DNA from: Chloroflexota bacterium
GTDB taxonomy: Bacteria > Chloroflexota > Anaerolineae > Aggregatilineales > J027
Reading direction: 5' to 3'
Length of the DNA: 64,000 nucleotides
Assembly (NCBI GenBank): GCA_013112715.1
Contig: JABFGB010000013.1
Span: 74,599 to 138,598 of the forward strand
Made by a program: the position numbers and the translations under genes
In this document: piece by piece, positions 31,601 through 38,475 of the stretch
How the letters are laid out: every line of letters begins with the position of its first letter
Position numbering within the stretch: the first letter of the stretch is position 1
Notes under the pieces: model-generated
Databases searched by the model: none
Seen by the model: only the letters and a program-made list of their open reading frames with translations
Told to the model about the DNA's origin: nothing

Positions 31601-33093
31601 AACCCACTGTCAAAGTTGCTATTGGTGAAGGTCTAGCGGGGCAAGTTGCCGAAACCCGCACCCCCATTATCGTGCCGAATTTTGAACTTGGCCCCTACAC
31701 CCCAATGGACGTTTCGGCCCGTTCAGCGATTTACCTCCCAATGACCAGTGGTGAAACTTTGATTGGGGTCATGGGCTTGGAGGGTCAGCGTGAGGCGCAG
31801 TTTGGTGAAGACACCCTGCGACTGCTACAAGCGCTCAGTACGGCGGTCTCGGCGGTTATTCAAAGCACCTTGTTGGTCGAGGAATTGCAGCGCACCAACG
31901 AGCGCCTGCGTGAAATTGATCAACTTAAGACCAATTTCCTTGCCGCCATGAGCCACGAACTCCGCACCCCGCTGAATTCAATTATCGGCTTTTCCAGTGT
32001 CATTTTGAAGGGTATTGACGGCCCGATTAATGACATGCAAAAGCAAGACATCCAGATTATCCATTCCAGTGGTAAGCATCTGCTCGGTTTGGTAAATGAT
32101 ATCCTCGACCAAGCCAAGATCGAAGCGGGCAAGATGGAACTTTCGCTGGATTACTTCGAACTGGCTCCCGTCATCAAGGGGGTGATGTCCAGCGCTATTG
32201 GCTTGACCCGCGATAAGAACATTCGTCTGCATACCGAGATTGAAGAGTCTATTGATAAGGCGTTTGGTGATGAGTTCCGCACCCGCCAAATCTTATTCAA
32301 TCTGATTTCTAATGCGGCCAAATTTACCGAACAAGGGAGTATTACCCTGAGCGCCTTTATCGAAAAAGACGTTGAACCGCCCATGATTACCGTTGCAGTA
32401 CGGGATACCGGAATCGGGATTCCACAGGAATATCTCAATACGATCTTTGAGGCGTTCCAACAAATTGACAACTCTACCACTCGTTCCGCCGAGGGTACCG
32501 GTTTGGGATTGCCGCTGTCCCGGTCGTTGGCCGAACTACAGGGTGGACGGCTATGGGTGGAAAGCCAAGAAGGGGTCGGCTCTACCTTCTATGTCACTAT
32601 CCCCTTAGAGCCGCCACCTCCGTCGGCAGCAGAAATCGCTGAAGAAGAGATGTCCGATACCCGAGAATTCGGCACCGACTTCAATAATTTGGTAGATGAA
32701 ATCAAAGCTGAACGTCTGCCCTCTCGTCAGAAGGTCATTTTGGCAATTGATGACGAATTGGGCATGATTAATCTCTATCGTCGTTATCTCACCAAAGAAG
32801 GTTGGCAGGTCATTGGCCTCACCAACCCTGAAGAAGCGGAAGAAATGGTCGCCAATCATAACCCCATGATGATTTTGCTCGACATCAATATGCCCAATCG
32901 GGATGGTTGGCAGGTATTGGAAAGACTGAAAGACAATGACCAGACCTATCATATTCCGGTGATTGTATGCAGTATCAGTACCGATACCCAACGCAGTTAT
33001 CGGCTTGGGGCGACCAGCCATTTGGTCAAACCATTTGTCGAAACCGATCTTATCAAGGCCGTCCGAGAAACTGAGGCGAATTTAGCATCGTGA
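25687..33093 (+). CDS. Giant hybrid sensor histidine kinase: TM, Cache-like domain, TM, HAMP, about nine GAF domains interrupted by one PAS, HisKA, HATPase_c, receiver
   Basis: 2468 aa, with an AAGAGG SD. The recurring GAF C-terminal signature (..ALPL....G.LD.QS....F...D...L..LA.Q.A.AI.NARLFEE) occurs about 9 times. The PAS region is LQSTLEAMPAGVLLLAPRGNSLLSNQRA. The H-box is FLAAMSHELRTPLNSI (His2090, nt 31954-31956). The N, G1 and G2 boxes are FNLISNAAKFT, VRDTGIGI and GTGLGLPLS. The receiver motif is MILLDINMP (Asp2399, nt 32881-32883). Confidence 0.9.
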   Translation: MQDQKIQPHSSSGPFRWFINRPFRTQLLTIIAAFVVMSFLVLIAVTIQINNVVRNNVKDDLSEHADENGEQLSVPFEIVAADFDNLATNYITPSIVDVLDRRSTSGEVDNLARESVTRRFDELLIGRPLYHAIRLVGTSGRELVAVERSGRTGNIEIVSIADLRNRRSEEFVQSGLQLRRTGQFWISDVVLVRDATGRPTEPFQQIMTLTTPILDETNNVIALLAIDMDIDWLVRGITERESSDEIIHVVDEDGYYIAASEQDLLYGRSTAVGEQLTGSLANTLLTDLPQEAIEYRQNNTDYLAATSIIRPLSSLSDTTSQPVWTVIVSMEASEVAGPTRLVLGTFAFIFLGLLSVTGILLWYEATQISRRFEAIGDGLARVNRGDLAVRLSVAETNEFGRVATLFNDVTKRTQTLVGELQARVQARIRDLDLVAEISREITGLRDQSLVLNRTINRIVEQFDYYHSQVFLIDDLGEYAVLVASTGEAGQRLLAKKHKLAVGSNSVIGRVTALGVTVIAGDTTSTEVPWQPNVELPNTRSEMALPLKVEDRVIGALDIQSIRPEAYSPEDIEIFQVLADQLAIAINNARLIEELEQRVDEVALLNQRLTEKAWEEFARIQPDEVQLGYQYDLIGVKPIQPDTPENGNLLSPPRDEHSVYSTQISVGGKPIGQIETKAPQRAQLSKDEQALIDAVAVRVALAVDNARLFQQTQMALGESQRLYEMARTVSSAAELNIEAVYALITEQLSYYENLDSLAILLADPFPSHLAPNVIVAHLWSRIGSISTWETGQRVPLLQQGLSAQFELAPRSPMLIHAHELNDLEGSDQILGYLLRTLNADTLYLMPLVTGAKWFGVLVCSSQTPRAFTENYMSFTSAVGDQLAIAVENRRLLEEVQKEARRALALADAGQLASRISTDFESDVNRLFRAVSDPGDFDRWWFGVLDTDGQSLRQVAAFSPQESGDSPFMPQRMNLKRDRNAITESVLIRQVVLVNERVHPTFGKLSAQEHIVYGKHLAVPVMTSNEVVIGALLIGRRASQHDLDERDIQLATTLASQLAIATENQRLFAAIENQRQTLQSTLEAMPAGVLLLAPRGNSLLSNQRAVDLFGGGVNKALFSSNTFPIYKLGTDELYPSEEFPTTIALREGAIVSAENISVEYPDGRRVDLLANVAPIRNESGEISSVVAVFQEITELRELEKALQDSLSETTALYEANRQITSATSVNDLANVLVNQLLTLMPNQVYVVLQEGMDRGPLQTRVVAAWPESYAGVTDVDLLALPRNLLMSEEPIIVSNIDQSIGFLDQTLEFNMRLQAIQSGIQSFASIPLRARGRTLGWFAVVYFDKHSFMAEDRRFMTALADQTALALDSIFLFQSTQDALRAVANLYRSSRRIAEARDLEEMLDTIRTELLNFNPDRVDVLLQRTQEDIASFYFGLEWSKDPVFAEIPSLPLVPKTGEPIGDFDPMTRDEYYIQSIDDESEATMNQIVRQLRAIQTPYQSILSVPLSVGGRVVGRISMGFREVHIFTPDEYQFITTLADAAAYLVENDLLFRQTQESLEETGVLYQASRAIANAESRDEIVQAVIDYAADALVDKVFLLGLRSEDWNSENAELEIATSWGRDQLVDLQGLRFTRNQLPFWNDLATIRMKWVDDVTRDPAISTDARLGYKALRISSFVIVPLRTPTRLIGAILLASAETREHQEREIRIYQSLADLAAVQLENKRLFEQTELRARQLTTSAQVSRAATSILNLDELFPRVVDLIREAFQYDHVQIFMIDATGQNAVLRASTGEAGQKLLSLNHSLPVGSRSVIGQTTSRGMPVLVADTALSETHRPNPHLPDTRSEIAFPLIVKGRVVGALDVQSNQAGLFTEDDVQALTTMADQLAVAIDNAQLFEISQQRAAEMAFLFDVTTFAAAMPNLSVMLETVSQVLANRMDASSVVFFLNEVGRNRLAAQAMVIAVQEGDSQTLHSIEPTVKVAIGEGLAGQVAETRTPIIVPNFELGPYTPMDVSARSAIYLPMTSGETLIGVMGLEGQREAQFGEDTLRLLQALSTAVSAVIQSTLLVEELQRTNERLREIDQLKTNFLAAMSHELRTPLNSIIGFSSVILKGIDGPINDMQKQDIQIIHSSGKHLLGLVNDILDQAKIEAGKMELSLDYFELAPVIKGVMSSAIGLTRDKNIRLHTEIEESIDKAFGDEFRTRQILFNLISNAAKFTEQGSITLSAFIEKDVEPPMITVAVRDTGIGIPQEYLNTIFEAFQQIDNSTTRSAEGTGLGLPLSRSLAELQGGRLWVESQEGVGSTFYVTIPLEPPPPSAAEIAEEEMSDTREFGTDFNNLVDEIKAERLPSRQKVILAIDDELGMINLYRRYLTKEGWQVIGLTNPEEAEEMVANHNPMMILLDINMPNRDGWQVLERLKDNDQTYHIPVIVCSISTDTQRSYRLGATSHLVKPFVETDLIKAVRETEANLAS

Positions 33094-34757
33094 CCGTAGA
33101 TCAACTTTCTTCGACACAGGTGAAACCGATTCACCTAGAATGTAAAAACTGTGGCTGGCACAGCGTCTATGAACGCCCGCTAAAACGCTGCCCGACCTGT
33201 GGTGACGATATTCTCTATGCCCGTTATGATTTGGAAGCGCTGCGCCGTGACAACTGGGGCGAAAAAATCATCAACCGTAAGCGCGGCATGTGGCGGTATC
33301 ACGAATTGCTGCCGATCAAACACACTGAAAACATCGTCTCGCTTGGCGAAGGCGATACTCCCCTCATTCATGCCAAAAACGTCGGTGCGATGCTGGGGTT
33401 GAAATATCTCTATATCAAAGACGAGCGTCAAGGCCCGACCAATTCCTTTAAAGACCGCCAAGCCTCGGTTGCAATTTCCGCGATGGCTGAATTGGGTATT
33501 CAAGAGGCAGTCGTCGCCAGCACGGGGAACGTCGCCATTGCTTATTCCGCTTATGCTGCTCGTGCCGCGATCAAACTTTGGGCCTTTTTCCCTAACCTCG
33601 TACCTAGTGATAAAATTCGAGAGGTAGCCTTGTACGGCACGGAAGTAGTCAATGTGACGGGCACCTATGACCAAACCAAAGAAATCGCCGTCCGTTTTGC
33701 CCAAAGTCAAGGCATTCATTACGATCAAGGTATCAAAAATATCGCCGCGATGGAGAGCATGAAAACCATCGCCTATGAAATCGCTGAGGAATTAGGGTGG
33801 CGTGCCCCGGATTGGTTTATTCAACCCGTCAGCGGCGGCATGGGACCAATCGGTGCTGCGAAGGGCTTTGAAGAATTGCTAGAGCTTGGTTTGGTAGATA
33901 AGGTGCCTTCGCTAGGGATTATCCAATCTACCGGATGTGCCCCGATGGTAGATGCTTTTAACAATGGGATGTCGGTGGCCGTGCCCGTTGAAAACCCTGA
34001 AACGGTCATTGCGACCCTGAGCACTGGCAACCCCGGACGGGCCTATCAACTACTGTATGAATTGATGCAGCAGTATGGGGGGGCCGCCGAAAGTGCCACC
34101 GACGAGGAAGCCTTTGAAGCCACTCGCATTTTGGCGCGGAATGATGGTATTTCGGTTGAACCAGCCACTGCCGTCGGTTTTGCTGGATTAATCAAATTAG
34201 TGCGGCGCGGGGTCATCAAACCCAACGACGTGGTGGTGTTTAACTGTACGGGCCACACCTTCCCGGTGGAGAAGGAAATCTTGGGCGAGCGGTGGGCCAA
34301 ACAGGTGGATATTTCGAACGCCAGTCGTACTCCATCACTGCCGACGGATCGTCTCCTAACCGAGGTCGGCAAGGTCAGCACATCCAATGCGCGGCGTGTG
34401 TTGGTAATTGAAGATAATGAAGATTCGGCCCGTTTGATTCGACGAATTTTAGAGGGCGGGGCAGGCCATGAAGTCACCATTGCCCAAAATGGACGTGAAG
34501 GGCTTGAAATCGCCATGCAAGAAAAGCCCGATCTGATTGTGACGGATTTGATGATGCCGGAAATGGATGGCTTTCAGGTGGTTGAGCGTTTAAAGGCCGC
34601 CCCTGAATTACGTGATATTCCGGTGATTGTACTCAGCGCCAAAGAATTGACCCCCGTCGAACGCAGCCGCCTTGCGGGACAGGTGGAATCATTTTTGCAA
34701 AAGGGGTCATTCCTAAACGAGGAATTATTGCAACGAATTATTGACAGCCTAAATTAG
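33090..34757 (+). CDS. Threonine synthase-like fold-type II PLP enzyme fused to a C-terminal response-regulator receiver domain
   Basis: 555 aa. The GTG start overlaps the kinase stop (GTGA). Catalytic-part evidence is the zinc ribbon CKNCGW...CPTCGD, the PLP-lysine motif TNSFKDRQ (Lys121, nt 33450-33452), STGNVAIAYSAYAA, the glycine loop PVSGGMGPIG and CTGHTF. The receiver covers aa ~435-555: VLVIEDNED, LIVTDLMMP (Asp486, nt 34545-34547), VIVLSAK and FLQKGS. Confidence 0.85.
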   Translation: MTVDQLSSTQVKPIHLECKNCGWHSVYERPLKRCPTCGDDILYARYDLEALRRDNWGEKIINRKRGMWRYHELLPIKHTENIVSLGEGDTPLIHAKNVGAMLGLKYLYIKDERQGPTNSFKDRQASVAISAMAELGIQEAVVASTGNVAIAYSAYAARAAIKLWAFFPNLVPSDKIREVALYGTEVVNVTGTYDQTKEIAVRFAQSQGIHYDQGIKNIAAMESMKTIAYEIAEELGWRAPDWFIQPVSGGMGPIGAAKGFEELLELGLVDKVPSLGIIQSTGCAPMVDAFNNGMSVAVPVENPETVIATLSTGNPGRAYQLLYELMQQYGGAAESATDEEAFEATRILARNDGISVEPATAVGFAGLIKLVRRGVIKPNDVVVFNCTGHTFPVEKEILGERWAKQVDISNASRTPSLPTDRLLTEVGKVSTSNARRVLVIEDNEDSARLIRRILEGGAGHEVTIAQNGREGLEIAMQEKPDLIVTDLMMPEMDGFQVVERLKAAPELRDIPVIVLSAKELTPVERSRLAGQVESFLQKGSFLNEELLQRIIDSLN

Positions 34758-34778
34758 GGAACTGGGGGAAAGGACGCG

Positions 34779-36065
34779 ATGACACTATCGCCTGCTCCAA
34801 AGCCGAAGAAAATTCTCTATATCGAGGACAACCCCTCGAATGCGACGTTGGTGAAGCGTATTTTGCAGCCCAAAGGCTACACCATCATTATCGCTGAGAC
34901 CGGGTTAAAGGGCATTGATGCGGCATTGGAGCACAAACCCGACCTCATTTTAATGGACATCAATTTGCCGGATATGAGTGGACGTGAGGTGACAACTCGC
35001 CTCCGCGCTTTTGAACAGTTCCGCGACATGCCCATTGTGGCCCTGACTGCCCAAACCGACGACAAGCAGCGGGCCATGACGCTTATTTCCGGTGTATCTG
35101 GTTTCATGGCGAAACCCATTGATGTGGCCTCTTTCCCCAAGCGTATCGCCTTTTATTTGGAAGGGGGCAAAGATTTACCCAAAGTTGCCAATCCCGAAGA
35201 GGCCCGCCGCAATTATCACAAAGAACTGACCGAACATCTTGAAAAACGCCTGCGTGACCTAGAAGCGGCCAATTCCAAGCTGCGTCAACTGGATGTCATC
35301 AAAGACGACTTTATCAAACGCACCGCGCATGAACTTCGCACTCCGCTCACCATCATTTATGGCTATGGACGTTTATTGCAGACCGCGCCACCTATTCAGC
35401 TATTAACACAGTCCAGCCCTGAAATTGGGGCCTATGTGGATGCTTTGGTCGAGTCCGTCGAGCGCCTGCATGATGTCATCAATGAAATCTTTACCGTTTA
35501 CCGCTTGACCACCGGACAAATTGAATTGAATCTAGCCCAATCAAATTTGGGTGAGATTGTCCAATATGCACTGGATGACTTTAAGCAAGCCGCTCAACAG
35601 CGCAATGTGAATGTCGAATTTACCCGCGACGGGTGGCCTACCAAACTGATGGTGGATTTTGAACTCTTGCGCTTGGCGCTGGCAAATGTCATCGGTAATG
35701 CTATTAAGTTCACCCCCGACGGTGGCAAGGTCTCTATCAATCATGTCGAAACCCCTGAAATGGTCAAAATCACTGTCCACGACTCGGGTATTGGGATTCC
35801 AGTTGAAGAACAGCACCGTATCTTTGAAAGTTTCTATTCCTTTGAAAAAACCGAGCACCATTCCACCAGCAAAACCGCCTTTCGTGGGGGTGGGTTGGGG
35901 CTAGGGCTATCCATTTGTAAAAGTATCATCGAGGCACATGGAGGTAAAATCCACGTCGAAAGTCAGGGGCAAGACGTTGAAAAAATGCCCGGTAGTACCT
36001 TTCATATCGAAATTCCGCTCACCAATCGCGTGCCCGTCCCAGTGGATGTGACTCCCGCACCATAA
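34779..36065 (+). CDS. Response regulator / histidine kinase hybrid (N-terminal REC, HisKA, HATPase_c)
   Basis: 428 aa. The receiver has ILYIEDN, LILMDINLP, IVALTAQ and MAKP. The H-box is FIKRTAHELRTPLTII. The ATPase boxes are GNAIKFTPDGG, VHDSGIGIP and GGLGLGLSICKSIIEAHGG. Confidence 0.9.
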   Translation: MTLSPAPKPKKILYIEDNPSNATLVKRILQPKGYTIIIAETGLKGIDAALEHKPDLILMDINLPDMSGREVTTRLRAFEQFRDMPIVALTAQTDDKQRAMTLISGVSGFMAKPIDVASFPKRIAFYLEGGKDLPKVANPEEARRNYHKELTEHLEKRLRDLEAANSKLRQLDVIKDDFIKRTAHELRTPLTIIYGYGRLLQTAPPIQLLTQSSPEIGAYVDALVESVERLHDVINEIFTVYRLTTGQIELNLAQSNLGEIVQYALDDFKQAAQQRNVNVEFTRDGWPTKLMVDFELLRLALANVIGNAIKFTPDGGKVSINHVETPEMVKITVHDSGIGIPVEEQHRIFESFYSFEKTEHHSTSKTAFRGGGLGLGLSICKSIIEAHGGKIHVESQGQDVEKMPGSTFHIEIPLTNRVPVPVDVTPAP

Positions 36066-36073
36066 GGAGTCAT

Positions 36074-36147
36074 GTGAAGCAAAGATGGTTTGAAAAACGG
36101 TCTGGACTGAATGAATTTGAAACGGTTTGAAAAGCAGTCTGGACTGA
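36074..36147 (+). repeat. Diverged 37-nt tandem duplication of the transporter gene's 5' end; the first copy forms an 18-codon out-of-frame mini-ORF (36074..36130)
   Basis: Unit 1 (36074-36110) is GTGAAGCAAAGATGGTTTGAAAAACGGTCTGGACTGA. Unit 2 (36111-36147) is ATGAATTTGAAACGGTTTGAAAAGCAGTCTGGACTGA. They match at 28 of 37 positions, and at 22 of the last 24. Unit 1 encodes MKQRWFEKRSGL and unit 2 encodes MNLKRFEKQSGL. Only unit 1 is preceded by a strong SD (AAGGAG, 36064-36069). Confidence 0.7.
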
Positions 36148-37196
36148 TCGCCGCCCTTTTTACCCCCATTTTCTTGGGGATGAATCCGGTATTTGGCAAA
36201 ATAGCCCTGCATAATGGCGCTGATCCCTTTACTGTCGCAGCCGTCCGCACGGTGTTGGCGGCGGTGTTGCTGTGGTTGGTGTACCGCCTTTTTGCTAGGC
36301 AATATCTTTATATCTATCCCCTCGGTTTGTTGAACTGCATCGCTATAGGCTCGGTCAATGGCATCGGCTCGTTAATGTATTACAACGGCCTGTCGCTGTT
36401 GAACGCTTCAATGGCCCAATTAATCAACGCCCTCTATCTGGTCTTTGTGATGATTTTGACCCGAATCAGCGGTCAGCAGCTAAGTTGGCGTATCATATTG
36501 CGCACTGGGATCGCCATGCTGGGCATTTTGTTGATTGCCGGTGGTGTAGCGGGTAAAACCAACTGGCTTGGTATTGGCCTCATGATGGGTAATGCCCTCT
36601 TATTTGCGGGGACGGTGGTTATGAGCCAGCGTGCCCTCTACGACATGCCTGCCCAAACCGTCGCTTTTTATGTTCTGACGACAATGGCAGTAGTCGTTGC
36701 GGTGGCCCGTTTAGCCTACAATTTACCCCTCTTCCCCGATGCCCCTACCAGCGGCGATATTGAAGCATGGTGGGCGATTTTAGGCCTTGCCGCCACAACA
36801 GCCCTCTCCCGTCTGACAATGTTTATAGGAGTCAAGGGTTTGGGTAGCGTCCGCACTACCCTGTTGGTGATTTTGGAGATGGCGGTCTCAATTTCATTAT
36901 CGTTCATTTTTTTGGGCGAACGGTTCACGACTATTCAATGGTGGGGCGCGGCGATTTTGTTAGCCAGCATTTTGTTACCTACCGGGCATATCACCCCGGA
37001 TGTCAGTCCTACTGAGTATCTCCCCCGCCTAGTACGTGTGCGGCTCTATCGGGTGGCCTTTAATCATGTGTTTAACCCCCGCAACAGCAAAATCTCGACG
37101 CAAGAAGTTCGCAAACTTCAAGAACTCATCGCCAAAGATAAATTCGCCACCCAAGATTTGCGCATTATTGACGACCTCACCAATCCCGACGACTAG
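36111..37196 (+). CDS. DMT superfamily (EamA-type) transporter with a C-terminal cytoplasmic extension
   Basis: 361 aa with about 10 TM helices in two EamA-like halves (PVFGKIALHNGADPFTVAAVR...; ALSRLTMFIGVKGLGSVRTTLLVILEMAVSISLSFIFLGERF). The hydrophilic tail is about 70 aa. The start context is unusual (see the repeat feature). Confidence 0.75.
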   Translation: MNLKRFEKQSGLIAALFTPIFLGMNPVFGKIALHNGADPFTVAAVRTVLAAVLLWLVYRLFARQYLYIYPLGLLNCIAIGSVNGIGSLMYYNGLSLLNASMAQLINALYLVFVMILTRISGQQLSWRIILRTGIAMLGILLIAGGVAGKTNWLGIGLMMGNALLFAGTVVMSQRALYDMPAQTVAFYVLTTMAVVVAVARLAYNLPLFPDAPTSGDIEAWWAILGLAATTALSRLTMFIGVKGLGSVRTTLLVILEMAVSISLSFIFLGERFTTIQWWGAAILLASILLPTGHITPDVSPTEYLPRLVRVRLYRVAFNHVFNPRNSKISTQEVRKLQELIAKDKFATQDLRIIDDLTNPDD

Positions 37197-37374
37197 GTGT
37201 TGTGATCATACTTTTCGATCCCTAACGGTCATCCCCATTCACTCTTTTATAATTTTCACGCATAAATTCGTAACTGTTGTTACGGATTCCCTTCTCATTT
37301 ATATAAATTGCAGATCATATGTTCTAAAATTCGTCGCGTACTGCCTCGGCGAAACCGCTCAAAAAAGTTCTCGC

Positions 37375-37404
37375 TTGAAATCCCCTGTACAAATCTGATA
37401 AAAT
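37375..37404 (+). promoter_or_regulatory. Candidate sigma-70-type promoter for rpsB-tsf
   Basis: TTGAAA (37375-37380), an 18-nt spacer, then an extended -10 TGaTAAAAT (TAAAAT at 37399-37404). It would give a ~135-nt leader before the rpsB ATG. This is pattern match only. Confidence 0.35.
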
Positions 37405-37547
37405 TCCGCCGCTGAATTCGCTAAGAATTCGCTTTTTACTAATCTCCACACATCCTGACGACGCAGTGTTGCCTATCCCTAAATGGGCGGGTTGATGCGC
37501 CGGATGATGGATGTGGTCGTGAAAACACAATCTAAGGAGCTTTACAG

Positions 37548-38435
37548 ATGTCTGCACCGTCCTCAAGTGTTGTCTCCCTCAAAGCTTTGTTGGAGACAGG
37601 TGTTCACTTCGGCCATCAGGCTCGCAAGTGGAACCCCAAGATGAAACCGTATATTTTTACCAAGCGCAATGGCATCCACATCATTGACCTCCAGCAAACC
37701 GTTGTCACCGTCAATGAAGTGTATGATCTCGTGCGAGATTCCGTCGCCCGTCGTGGCACCATCTTGTATGTCGGCACCAAGCGCCAAGCCCAAGAAACAA
37801 TTGCTTCCGAAGCCGAGCGTGTGGGAATGCCCTATGTCAATACCCGTTGGTTGGGGGGTACACTGACCAATTGGAAGACGATTAAACAGCGTATTGATAC
37901 CCTCAAGCGGTTGGAAGCCGCCAACGCCGAAGGGTCTTTCGAAGAACTGACCAAGAAAGAACGCTTGCTGATTGAGCGTAAGATTGCACGCCTGCAACTG
38001 CGTCTAGGTGGTCTGCGGTCAATGGAACGCCTACCTAGCCTGATGTTCGTGGTGGATGTTCGCCGCGAACAAACCGCCGTCAAAGAAGCCAATATCATGA
38101 AGATTCCGGTCATCGCGCTGGTAGATACCAACTGTGACCCGGATATGATTGATTTCGTCATCCCCTCCAACGACGATGCCATCCGTGCCATCAAATTATT
38201 GACCAGCGTGATTAGCGATGCGGTCAATGAAGGTGTCAATATGCGTAAGGCTTACGGGTCGGATGTTGAAGTCGCAGAAATAACGGATATGGGCTATGCA
38301 GGCGCGATGGATGAGGGTGCTTTGGACGAGGCCTATTTGGGCGAATCCACCCTCGCCAAACTGCGTGAAGGCGATCTGGAATTCGAAGACGATATCTTCG
38401 AGGAAGACGAAGATCAGCCCAAACGCAGAAGATAG
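37548..38435 (+). CDS. rpsB: 30S ribosomal protein S2 (with an acidic C-terminal tail)
   Basis: 295 aa, with an [27 protein letters not shown] and [14 protein letters not shown] are S2 signatures. Confidence 0.97.
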   Translation: MSAPSSSVVSLKALLETGVHFGHQARKWNPKMKPYIFTKRNGIHIIDLQQTVVTVNEVYDLVRDSVARRGTILYVGTKRQAQETIASEAERVGMPYVNTRWLGGTLTNWKTIKQRIDTLKRLEAANAEGSFEELTKKERLLIERKIARLQLRLGGLRSMERLPSLMFVVDVRREQTAVKEANIMKIPVIALVDTNCDPDMIDFVIPSNDDAIRAIKLLTSVISDAVNEGVNMRKAYGSDVEVAEITDMGYAGAMDEGALDEAYLGESTLAKLREGDLEFEDDIFEEDEDQPKRRR

Positions 38436-38475
38436 TTGAAACAATCAGAAGCAGCAAAAAGGGAGAATAACAAAC

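Noticed and set aside
33180-33728. 182-aa minus-strand ORF inside the ThrC-REC gene
   Set aside because: It is antisense to a frame carrying the PLP-lysine motif and conserved ThrC blocks, so it is a shadow ORF.
36002-36302. Minus-strand ORFs 35907..36302 and 36002..36250 spanning the kinase-transporter junction
   Set aside because: They are antisense to two well-supported genes and to the duplicated start region. They have no motifs and an implausible composition.
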